From NCBI GenBank assembly GCA_002839765.1, contig PGYR01000004.1:45055-109054 (forward strand): a stretch of DNA of 64,000 nucleotides, in the 5' to 3' direction. The notes below the pieces were generated by a model. The model made no database searches and was not told where the DNA came from. It saw only the letters and a list, made by a program, of their open reading frames with translations. This document shows positions 1 through 7,898 of this stretch, in pieces. Each line of letters starts with the position of its first letter. Within the stretch, counting starts at the first letter, position 1. The stretch is from Ignavibacteriae bacterium HGW-Ignavibacteriae-4. GTDB taxonomy: Bacteria > Bacteroidota > Ignavibacteria > Kapaibacteriales > UBA2268. The position numbers were made by a program, and so were the translations under genes.

Positions 1-2
1 AT

Positions 3-782
3 GAAATCGAGATAAAAGAGCTACAAGCTGAGATAATAGCTAAATTAAATAATGGAACTATCAGAGCTGCTGAACCAGATGGTAAAGGCGGTTGGGTTGC
101 TAATCAGTGGGTTAAGAAAGGAATTCTATTACTATTCAGATATAGTAAAATGGAAGATATGTCAATCAACGAAGAATTCGTTTTCTTTGACAAAAACACG
201 ATTCCTCTAAAACCTTTGAAACTAGAAGATGGTGTTAGGTTAGTACCTGGTGGAAGCTCTATCAGAAGTGGTTGCTACGTGGCTAAAGGCGTAATCTGTA
301 TGCCTCCAATGTATATCAATATTGGTGCTTACGTAGATGAAGGAACTATGATAGATTCGCACGCATTGGTAGGTACATGCGCTCAGATTGGTAAAAATGT
401 ACACTTGAGTGCTGCATCACAAATCGGCGGTGTATTAGAACCAGCAGGAGCAAGACCAGTAGTAATAGAAGACAATGTGATGATAGGCGGTAATTGTGGT
501 GTTTACGAAGGTGTTCTTGTTAGAGAAAGAGCCGTATTAGGTACAGGTGTAATACTAAACGCAAGCACTAAAGTCTATGATTTGGTAAACGAAACTGTAC
601 TTTCATCTTCTGCTGAAAGTCCTTTAGAAATACCAGCTGGTGCAGTAGTTGTACCGGGTAGTAGAGCTATTAGTTCTCCTTATGCTAAGGAAAATGGTTT
701 GTCAATCTCTACCCCTCTAATAATCAAATATCGTGACGAAAAAACAGATGCTAAAACTGCACTAGAAGAGGCATTGAGGTAA
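3..782 (+). CDS. dapD: 2,3,4,5-tetrahydropyridine-2,6-dicarboxylate N-succinyltransferase (5' end outside the window; frame stays open back to base 3)
   Basis: Frame 3 has no stop from position 3 through 782. The N-terminal part ([27 protein letters not shown]) and the hexapeptide-repeat LbH core ([40 protein letters not shown]...[13 protein letters not shown]) match the DapD family. Confidence 0.8.
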   Translation, partial: EIEIKELQAEIIAKLNNGTIRAAEPDGKGGWVANQWVKKGILLLFRYSKMEDMSINEEFVFFDKNTIPLKPLKLEDGVRLVPGGSSIRSGCYVAKGVICMPPMYINIGAYVDEGTMIDSHALVGTCAQIGKNVHLSAASQIGGVLEPAGARPVVIEDNVMIGGNCGVYEGVLVRERAVLGTGVILNASTKVYDLVNETVLSSSAESPLEIPAGAVVVPGSRAISSPYAKENGLSISTPLIIKYRDEKTDAKTALEEALR

Positions 783-1039
783 TGGCTAAAACCGATAATA
801 GTATGAACAAGAACCTAACTATGTCAGTTATGTTCATGTCTGGGGCTAACTTTGTTACTTTCTTTATTCTACTTTGGGTTTATAAAGTAACGCAAGAAAT
901 GTGGTTTCTTATAGCTGGTATAGCTATGCTAATAGCAGGAGTTGCATTCATGATAATAGTTTCAAAATTCAAAGTAAAGCTAAGAAAATTAGAAGAGTTA
1001 AAGCAAAAAAGAGAAAGTGAGCGAAATGAGCCAAATTAA
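782..1039 (+). CDS. small hypothetical membrane protein (2 predicted TM helices)
   Basis: 85-aa ORF whose ATG overlaps the dapD stop (TAATGG). Hydrophobic core FVTFFILLWVY...LIAGIAMLIAGVAFMIIV. No recognisable family. Confidence 0.35.
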   Translation: MAKTDNSMNKNLTMSVMFMSGANFVTFFILLWVYKVTQEMWFLIAGIAMLIAGVAFMIIVSKFKVKLRKLEELKQKRESERNEPN

Positions 1040-2222
1040 GTTAAGAGATAATCTGGACATAGACTTAATCAAAGAATTTGATAATAAATTCATATATATC
1101 AGTGACCCACTGCTAATAGCAGAGCCAATAGCACTTCCATTCTCATATTATCCGCTTATACAAACTTTGATGGAAGGTAATAAAACGGCTGAGGAAATAG
1201 CAAAAGATGGTGCTGCTAAATTGCTTAACTTATCAGACGACAAATTATATACTTTACTAGATAATCTAGTTGCTCTCAATATGATAGATACGCCAAGCAC
1301 TAGAATGGCTATCGAAAACATGCATAGCTATACGAGCGGAAATGTACGTAACTCATATTGTCATTCATTCTCGTATCCAGAAAACCCAACTGAACTAAAA
1401 ACATTTTTGAATAAGATACTTGATAAAGGGATGTCATTAACTGACAAGTCGATTAAAGCTATCTTAGCTCCGCATATTGATTTGCGATTAGAAGAGTCTT
1501 GGGAGACTTATGCCAACTCATTTCTTGCACTAAAAAACGTAGAAGAAATAGACACTGTGATTCTGCTGGGGACCAGTCATTATAGAAGCACAGCCGACTT
1601 TATGTTCTCAAAAAAAGACTTCCAAACTCCATTCGGAACTGCAGAAGTGGATCACGAATTACTAGCTGAAATAGAAAAGAATACAGAAATAGTTTATGAT
1701 GATATAGCTCACTACAAAGAGCATTCGATTGAGTTTCATCTAATATTTTTACAGCACTTATTGAACGATAAAAACTTCAAAATAGTTCCAATCCTAACGG
1801 GTTCACCTGCAAACTATTTAAATAATAAAACTACACCCGACACTAGCGATAAGTATAACAACACTATAGATGCTATCAAAAATGCAGTAGCTTCAACAGG
1901 TAAGAAAATCCTTATCCTGTCAAGTGGAGATTTGTCGCACGTTGGTAGAAAGTTCGGTGATGATTTCCCTGCCGCTACTGAGCAAATCCGTATAAAAGGG
2001 GAAGATGAAGCACTAATCGAAACGCTGAAGAACTCTAACAAAAATGCTTTCTTTACTGAAATAAATAGTGTAGAAGATAAGAATAAAGTATGCGGTACGG
2101 CTCCATTCTATGCTGCACTTAGCTTAGTTGATGATGCCCATATAGTCCACGCCGGCTATAATCAATGGCACGAAGTAGAAACTGAGTCAATGGTTAGTTT
2201 TGCTGGGTTTGTGGTGGGATAA
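1017..2222 (+). CDS. MEMO1 / LigB-superfamily protein (AmmeMemoRadiSam protein B-like) with an extra ~130-aa N-terminal domain
   Basis: Memo-like motifs in the right order: ILAPHIDLR, ILLGTSHY, LSSGDLSHVG and CGTAPF. The HxD in place of HAG is divergent, so the call is tentative. Confidence 0.45.
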   Translation: MSEMSQIKLRDNLDIDLIKEFDNKFIYISDPLLIAEPIALPFSYYPLIQTLMEGNKTAEEIAKDGAAKLLNLSDDKLYTLLDNLVALNMIDTPSTRMAIENMHSYTSGNVRNSYCHSFSYPENPTELKTFLNKILDKGMSLTDKSIKAILAPHIDLRLEESWETYANSFLALKNVEEIDTVILLGTSHYRSTADFMFSKKDFQTPFGTAEVDHELLAEIEKNTEIVYDDIAHYKEHSIEFHLIFLQHLLNDKNFKIVPILTGSPANYLNNKTTPDTSDKYNNTIDAIKNAVASTGKKILILSSGDLSHVGRKFGDDFPAATEQIRIKGEDEALIETLKNSNKNAFFTEINSVEDKNKVCGTAPFYAALSLVDDAHIVHAGYNQWHEVETESMVSFAGFVVG

Positions 2223-2588
2223 TCCATTTGTTAGTCAGAATCAGAATTTATAGGATTTAATAGTTTACAGGATTGTAGAGACGTATTGTTTACACTGAGC
2301 GGCATCGAAGTGCATACGTCTTAAATTCCTCCGAACCTTTTATAACACGTCACTCAGAGCTAACGGAGTTAGCGAAGAGTCTAGGTTAAAAGAAATTACC
2401 TTAAAGCCCCAGCGGGGCTGCATATCTGTAGCATCAAATGTAATAATGAGCAACCGCCCCGTAGGGGTGGAATATTATAAAAACTATGGAACTAAAGTCC
2501 ACATAGACCTTGGTATGATTGTTATCCGTTGGCTAAAGCCAACGGTAATACCTATTTTACAATGGATTTTCTCCTATCTGGTTGTACT

Positions 2589-3236
2589 TTATTTTAAAAA
2601 CTTTTCGAGATTACTGTTCCAGTAATCTTCTATGAATCCCCACTTATATTTGTTATAAACGTCAATTGTATCTATCGGGAAAGTATCTATTAATATTAGA
2701 TTATCGTCTGAAAGTATCCTTGATACTTTTATTGAGCGAAGTTTTTCACCCGTAATACAGCCCAAACCATAAATATTGCCAATTCGATATGTCTTGAAAT
2801 CTTTTATATAAAATAGATCACTAACCCAGTTCCAATCAGCACATCCAGCTTTGTGATAAGAATAATAATAATTTGGGTATGATTTAATCTGTTTTGCTTC
2901 TGGGTACCATTCAAAATTCTCAACTTTTGTATAATTCAGAATATTCTCATCGAATAAATATAATTCAGTTATAATATTATTACCGATAAAAGAAAAAGTT
3001 ATATCTAAATAATCATCAGAGTTAAATTTTAAAACTTCAACACCACCTGCCATATCAAAGAAAGTCATTGTATCCTTTCCATTACGTATAATCTGTGCAT
3101 AAGAATTTGAATCAGATTGACCAGAAATGATGGTAAACGGAATTTCCTTTATCACAAATGTAGTATCCCACAGAATCTCTTGACCATTCACTGTTAGTGT
3201 CAAAAAAAGTAACATAATTAGAAGCAGTTTTTTCAT
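2589..3236 (-). CDS. hypothetical secreted protein (signal peptide)
   Basis: 215-aa ORF with N-terminal signal MKKLLLIMLLFLTLTVNGQ. It is preceded by the conserved leader/uORF element shared with the next two genes. Confidence 0.5.
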   Translation of the reverse strand: MKKLLLIMLLFLTLTVNGQEILWDTTFVIKEIPFTIISGQSDSNSYAQIIRNGKDTMTFFDMAGGVEVLKFNSDDYLDITFSFIGNNIITELYLFDENILNYTKVENFEWYPEAKQIKSYPNYYYSYHKAGCADWNWVSDLFYIKDFKTYRIGNIYGLGCITGEKLRSIKVSRILSDDNLILIDTFPIDTIDVYNKYKWGFIEDYWNSNLEKFLK

Positions 3237-3300
3237 CTTCCAAATTCTCCCATTTCTCCAAAAACCTTAGGTGTTTTCCATCCCACAAGGATAACAACCA
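3237..3300 (-). promoter_or_regulatory. conserved upstream leader, copy 1: 6-codon uORF (MGEFGR*) with TGA overlapping the main ATG
   Basis: Minus-strand reading ...CTTGTGGGATGGAAAACACCTAAGGTTTTTGGAGAAATGGGAGAATTTGGAAGATGAAA. The same architecture recurs at 3941-4005 and 4620-4690. Confidence 0.4.
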
Positions 3301-3355
3301 CTCAAATTACGAATTTCTTCGGAAATAGTCCAAATGTTGATTATTCGCCGAGATG

Positions 3356-3940
3356 TTAGCGGAAATGGCCACGCCGATATGAACCAATATATTCAAAGCT
3401 TCCTTTGTTATCACATTTAAATAAATGATAAGAATTAACTGCATCTATTTGTGAGATAGAAAATCCATTTAAATTCAGTTCATTTAAAACGAAATCAATT
3501 TTATCATATAATGTAAAATTCTTAGATACTCTGTTATAGACTTCTACAAGAATAATATAATCCTTAAATACCGAATAAAATATCATCGTATTTAATGTTG
3601 AATTTGAATCTAATAACGTTGATAATTCATAAAGATCATAATAGTATTCTACATCAGAATCGCTGGTATCTAATCCTATTTCTTCTCTAATAAAATTGCT
3701 TGTATCATTTTTTATTGTTTCCAATATTCTTGATTCAGGGTCTTTAATATAGATAAAATCTTTATAGATTTCAAAATCTTCTTTTTTAATAACTACTTCA
3801 TCATCAAAAGCAAGATTCGTTCTATAAACATTTGTATATTTAATCAATTCGTGTATATCAAAACATATTTTATATTCATACTTCGGTAAAAGGTTACCGT
3901 ATGTTAAAAATAAAAGAATTACGACTAATACTTTATTCAT
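3356..3940 (-). CDS. hypothetical secreted protein, paralog of 4038..4619
   Basis: 194 aa with a signal peptide. Clear paralogy with the next gene (…HELIKYTNVYRTNLAFDDEVVIKKEDFEIYKDF… versus …HKLLEVTSLYGRTIDFNKEIIFEKGRIQVFKDF…; C-terminus FKCDNKG… versus FRCDEKG…). Confidence 0.5.
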   Translation of the reverse strand: MNKVLVVILLFLTYGNLLPKYEYKICFDIHELIKYTNVYRTNLAFDDEVVIKKEDFEIYKDFIYIKDPESRILETIKNDTSNFIREEIGLDTSDSDVEYYYDLYELSTLLDSNSTLNTMIFYSVFKDYIILVEVYNRVSKNFTLYDKIDFVLNELNLNGFSISQIDAVNSYHLFKCDNKGSFEYIGSYRRGHFR

Positions 3941-4005
3941 AATTTAACTCCTCCCATTTCTCCAAAAAACCTTAGGTGTGTTTCATCCCACAAGTATAAT
4001 ACTAT
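3941..4005 (-). promoter_or_regulatory. conserved upstream leader, copy 2: uORF MGGVKL* overlapping the main ATG
   Basis: Minus strand: CTTGTGGGATGAAACACACCTAAGGTTTTTTGGAGAAATGGGAGGAGTTAAATTATGAAT. Confidence 0.4.
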
Positions 4006-4037
4006 TATTTAGCAAATTAATAATAAAATCCAATCAC

Positions 4038-4619
4038 TTAATGATAAGTTGCATATGTGTCAGTACGAATATGATGTAATTCACCTTTTTCATCACATCT
4101 AAAAGTATAAAGTCCTACCCAAGTGTTAATATTAGAAATTTCAAATCCATTAAGTTCAAGTTCCTTGTAATTATTTAGAATTTCACCGTTTTTCCAAATA
4201 TCTTCATTAAATACTACTTCGGCAAAAACAATAAATTCAAGTTCATATTCGGCATAAAAGTAAATAGTATTCGGAATAGAAACAGAATCGTTTAATGCAG
4301 CTAATTCTTTAATTGGAACTCCTTTTTGTCTATTGTAAGAAATATCAAGAGTATCTATTTTCAATAAATTCTTTAAATCTAAAAGCAAATTCCCTTTTTC
4401 TATTTTTTCAAGTATTCCTGAATCAATACCTTTAACCAATACAAAATCTTTAAATACTTGGATTCTACCTTTTTCAAAGATTATTTCTTTATTAAAATCT
4501 ATTGTTCTTCCATAAAGTGATGTAACCTCAAGTAACTTATGAATATTATAGCAACTTGAATGAGCTGGTATCCATGAAAATATTGTTGAAATAATTATCG
4601 TTAATAAAGTAGTTCTCAT
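4038..4619 (-). CDS. hypothetical secreted protein, paralog of 3356..3940
   Basis: 193 aa with a signal peptide. Paralogous to the preceding gene and shares the same leader element. Confidence 0.5.
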   Translation of the reverse strand: MRTTLLTIIISTIFSWIPAHSSCYNIHKLLEVTSLYGRTIDFNKEIIFEKGRIQVFKDFVLVKGIDSGILEKIEKGNLLLDLKNLLKIDTLDISYNRQKGVPIKELAALNDSVSIPNTIYFYAEYELEFIVFAEVVFNEDIWKNGEILNNYKELELNGFEISNINTWVGLYTFRCDEKGELHHIRTDTYATYH

Positions 4620-4690
4620 CTTCCAAGCTCTCCCATTTCTTCAAAAAACTTTAGGTATTTTTATACTCATAAGGATATTAATTATTCAAT
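4620..4690 (-). promoter_or_regulatory. conserved upstream leader, copy 3: uORF MGELGR* overlapping the main ATG
   Basis: Minus strand: CCTTATGAGTATAAAAATACCTAAAGTTTTTTGAAGAAATGGGAGAGCTTGGAAGATGAGA. Confidence 0.4.
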
Positions 4691-4809
4691 ATAAGAATTT
4701 CTGCTGTAAATGTCCAAATGTTGATGGGTGTTGTTATCTTTTCTGGCTGACAAGAGGAGATTGCCACACTTCGTTCGCAATGACATAGCTTCACTTTATA
4801 CTGTTTGCC

Positions 4810-5892
4810 TTACCCTCTCTTACCTTTCAGGGAGAATACATAAGCTAGTACTTGGGCTACGGCTTTGTATAGGTTTTCTGGGACTTCCATGTCTATTTCT
4901 ACATTGAAGAAAAGTGTTCGTGCTAATGGTGGGTCTTCTACTATTTGTACTCCATTTTCCTTTGCTACTTCTCTTATTCTAGCAGCTAGGAAGTCAGCAC
5001 CTTTGGCTACTACTCTCGGAGCACCCATATTATTATTATCATATTTTAGTGCTACTGCAAAGTGGGTCGGGTTTGTGATTACTACGTCTGCTTCGGCTAC
5101 GTTTTGTATCATCATCTTTCTGAAACGTGAACGTATCAATCCTTTTAGCTTACCTTTTACGTGAGGGTCACCCTCTGATTGCTTTGTTTCATCTTTTACT
5201 TCTTGCTTGGTCATCTTCATATCCTCTTTGTGTTTCCATTTCTGAAACATCAAATCGCTGACAGCTATTACTATATAAGCGAGCCCAACACCTAGTATTA
5301 TCTTGAAGCTCAAATCCGCCATTAATTCAATTAAAGCAGTATAGTTTTGAAGTGGAATAGTGACTATCGATTCTAAGTCATCATATACTATCCACATAAT
5401 AACAGCACCTAGTAGTATTACTTTGGCGACGCTTTTGAGTAATTCGAAGAAGGATTGCGAACTAAAAAATATCCGCTTCAATCCTGAACCAATTTTGAAT
5501 ATTTTTTTATAAGTCTCTGGGTCAGTCCATTTCTTAGTTGCAACTGTTAGCCCTACCTGGCTTATCTCTGCGGCTAGTATTAGGAACATAAACAGGAGTA
5601 GCAATGGCAATATAAGTGATGCAATAAAAGTAATTAGGTCGGGGTACATCTTCAGTACGTTTGCTTCTGTTAGCTTTATACTCCATGAATTACGGAATGA
5701 ATAATCGAAAAACTGAATCATCTTAGTGTAAATTGTAGCACCAAATACAAAGAGCGACATACCACCAATTAGTACCATAACAGATGTTGTTATATCGGTA
5801 CTCTTGGAGACCTGTCCCTTTTCTTTTGCCTCACTAAGCCGCTTGGGGGTTGCGGACTCGGTTTTTTCTTGGCCTTCCTTATTCTCAGCCAT
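4810..5892 (-). CDS. flhB: flagellar biosynthesis protein FlhB (type III export apparatus)
   Basis: NPTH autocleavage motif (ITNPTHFAVALKYD), 4 N-terminal TM helices, and C-terminal APRVVAKGADFLAARIREVAKENGVQIVEDPPLAR. Confidence 0.9.
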   Translation of the reverse strand: MAENKEGQEKTESATPKRLSEAKEKGQVSKSTDITTSVMVLIGGMSLFVFGATIYTKMIQFFDYSFRNSWSIKLTEANVLKMYPDLITFIASLILPLLLLFMFLILAAEISQVGLTVATKKWTDPETYKKIFKIGSGLKRIFFSSQSFFELLKSVAKVILLGAVIMWIVYDDLESIVTIPLQNYTALIELMADLSFKIILGVGLAYIVIAVSDLMFQKWKHKEDMKMTKQEVKDETKQSEGDPHVKGKLKGLIRSRFRKMMIQNVAEADVVITNPTHFAVALKYDNNNMGAPRVVAKGADFLAARIREVAKENGVQIVEDPPLARTLFFNVEIDMEVPENLYKAVAQVLAYVFSLKGKRG

Positions 5893-6692
5893 TAAGGTAC
5901 CCTCATAGGGTTTAGGGAAATCAGCACATCAATGAAATCACCTTGTACTACTGAAAGAGCGTTTTTACTAATCATTACGAACGCTGGTAATGATACTGTT
6001 AGCATTATAAGTCCTATCATCACCTTCATCTGGAAACTCAGCACGAATACGTTAGTTTGCGGTGCTACTCTTGCTAATAGTGCCAATCCCAAATTGGTCA
6101 GAAATAGTGCTATCAGCAGAGGTGATGCGAGTTTAACTGCAAGTATAAATATAGAAACAGCAGTACCAACTAATATATCGAACGTCGTTTGGGTGAATAC
6201 CATAGTGTCGAGTGGAAGCACTTTGAAGCTATAGTATAGACCTTCGATTAGAAAATGATGCCCATTCATAATTAGGAAAAGCATTAATAATATTAGCTCA
6301 TTGAACTCACCAACTAGCGTAGGTGTTGAGGCTTCTCTATCGAATAATGCTCCTGTTTGATAGCCCATTTCCATATCCACAAGACCACCAGCAAACCTGG
6401 CTGCGGTAAATGGTATATTGGAAACGAAACCCAGCAGAGCTCCGACCATAAACTCTTTTATTACGAGCATTACTAGATTGAAAACATTTAGTCCAATTTC
6501 GGGTTGCTCTTGCCAAAAAGCAGAGGTTATAATCACAGATAGCATTAGTATTAGGAATATCTTCATCTGCGGTACTATTGCAGAATTTTTGAAGAATGGA
6601 CCAGTCGTAAAAAGTCCACTGACACGTACAAGTATAAGCAGACCAATAACAAACTTCCCTTCCAGATAAAATAGGGTGAGTGAATCTAGCAT
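5892..6692 (-). CDS. fliR: flagellar biosynthetic protein FliR
   Basis: 266-aa polytopic membrane protein between fliQ and flhB, with the typical FliR hydrophobic profile. Its start overlaps the flhB stop. Confidence 0.8.
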   Translation of the reverse strand: MLDSLTLFYLEGKFVIGLLILVRVSGLFTTGPFFKNSAIVPQMKIFLILMLSVIITSAFWQEQPEIGLNVFNLVMLVIKEFMVGALLGFVSNIPFTAARFAGGLVDMEMGYQTGALFDREASTPTLVGEFNELILLMLFLIMNGHHFLIEGLYYSFKVLPLDTMVFTQTTFDILVGTAVSIFILAVKLASPLLIALFLTNLGLALLARVAPQTNVFVLSFQMKVMIGLIMLTVSLPAFVMISKNALSVVQGDFIDVLISLNPMRVP

Positions 6693-6700
6693 AGAATCAC

Positions 6701-6970
6701 CTATGGGCCCATTTTTTCTATCATTGAAAACATCTCAATTGTGAAAGTTTTCATACTAGAAATCATAAATGGAAATATTAGAATAGTAACTAAGAATACT
6801 GTTATTACTTTAGGTACGAATGTTAGTGTTTGCTCAGATATAGAGGTAGCGGCTTGGAAAATTGAAATAATCAATCCTACAACTAATGATACTAATAGAA
6901 TAGGCCCACTTACTATCATAATATAGTAAAATGCCTTTCCTGCTATTTCTGTCACCATTTGATCAGTCAT
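6701..6970 (-). CDS. fliQ: flagellar biosynthetic protein FliQ
   Basis: 89 aa with two TM helices (MTDQMVTEIAGKAFYYIMIVSGPILLVSLVVGLIISIFQAATSISEQTL). Confidence 0.85.
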   Translation of the reverse strand: MTDQMVTEIAGKAFYYIMIVSGPILLVSLVVGLIISIFQAATSISEQTLTFVPKVITVFLVTILIFPFMISSMKTFTIEMFSMIEKMGP

Positions 6971-6978
6971 TATATCAC

Positions 6979-7764
6979 CTATTGTTGCATTATACTTTTC
7001 ATGAGAGAATCTATTACCAAATACCAGCCATCGACTAGTATGAACAGCAGTATTTTTATCGGTAGCGATATTAATTGCGGTGGCAATAGGAACATACCGA
7101 GTGACATCAATATACTGGCTATTATCATATCGAGGACTAAGAAAGGAATGAATAATAAGAACCCTATTTGGAACGCTGTCTTTAGTTCGCTAATTGCGAA
7201 TGCTGGAATAACACTCCAAGTGGAAACTTCCGAAATATCATTAGGTTTGTTTTTGCCACTAAGTTTTATAAATAAACCTAGGTCAGCTTCTCTAGTATGC
7301 TTTAGCATGAAATTTCTGAATGGCAATATAACGGCATCTAGCGCCTCGTCCTGAGTTATTTGGTCACTCATATAGGGTTGTATCCCCTTTTCGTTTGCCT
7401 CGTCCAAGACGGGCTGCATAACGAAGAAAGTTAGGAATAGTGCCAAGCCTGTTAGTAGCTGATTCGGTGGTTGGGAGTGAGTACCCAATGCCTGCTTCAA
7501 AAAGCTGAATACGACAATTATTCGGGTAAAACAAGTCATCATAATAAGAATAGATGGTGCCAATGCTAATACTGTAATAACACCGAGTATTTGCAAAGTT
7601 AAGACTAGATCGTTCTTATCGTTGGAACCGTCAACACTGACGGAAAGCTTGGGTAGTGAAATACCTTGTGGTTGCTTTTGCTGTGCAGATGCTTTCTCTA
7701 CCATAGTGGTTGAGAGCAAGAAAAATACCGCAATGGCAATTATATATCGAAAAAAATAGTTCAT
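6979..7764 (-). CDS. fliP: flagellar biosynthetic protein FliP
   Basis: Signal peptide followed by the conserved FliP core (LAPSILIMMTCFTRIIVVFSFLKQALG … ILPFRNFMLKHTREADL … FLLFIPFLVLDMIIASILMSLGM). Confidence 0.9.
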   Translation of the reverse strand: MNYFFRYIIAIAVFFLLSTTMVEKASAQQKQPQGISLPKLSVSVDGSNDKNDLVLTLQILGVITVLALAPSILIMMTCFTRIIVVFSFLKQALGTHSQPPNQLLTGLALFLTFFVMQPVLDEANEKGIQPYMSDQITQDEALDAVILPFRNFMLKHTREADLGLFIKLSGKNKPNDISEVSTWSVIPAFAISELKTAFQIGFLLFIPFLVLDMIIASILMSLGMFLLPPQLISLPIKILLFILVDGWYLVIDSLMKSIMQQ

Positions 7765-7811
7765 CCTGAATATTAGCTTCCTTTGTTATAAAGGATACAA
7801 TTGATGTGCCA

Positions 7812-7842
7812 AATAAAAAAAGCCCCGATAAACAGGGCTTCT
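7812..7842 (-). terminator. rho-independent terminator after the T9SS-cargo gene, separating it from fliP
   Basis: Minus-strand hairpin GAAGCCCTG-tttat-CGGGGCTT followed by TTTTTTATTT. Confidence 0.5.
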
Positions 7843-7898
7843 TACGGTATTATTCCTTTTTGTGCTGCATTAGCATTTAGCTTATTGCACAATATTAA

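Noticed and set aside
2223-2588. Tested the structured intergenic region against RNase P RNA, tmRNA, SRP RNA and hammerhead cores.
   Set aside because: None of these signatures is present on either strand: GGAAAGTCCGGGCTCC / ACAGAA.CCGGCTTA (RNase P), the tmRNA tag or TTCGA.TCC…CCA end, the SRP GGTCAGGTCCGGAAGG domain, or CUGANGA/CGAAAC. The region is left as an unclassified candidate ncRNA.
3112-3297. 61-aa ORF 3112..3297 (minus) spanning the leader of gene 2589..3236.
   Set aside because: It is simply the conserved leader read through in another frame into the downstream gene (translation includes …LRFLEKWENLEDEK…). The 6-codon uORF is the conserved coding feature; the long ORF is not conserved in the other two copies.
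4865-6669. Plus-strand ORFs 4865..5164, 5932..6234 and 6418..6669 inside flhB/fliR.
   Set aside because: They are antisense to well-supported flagellar export genes, with low-complexity Ser/Thr-rich translations. Spurious.
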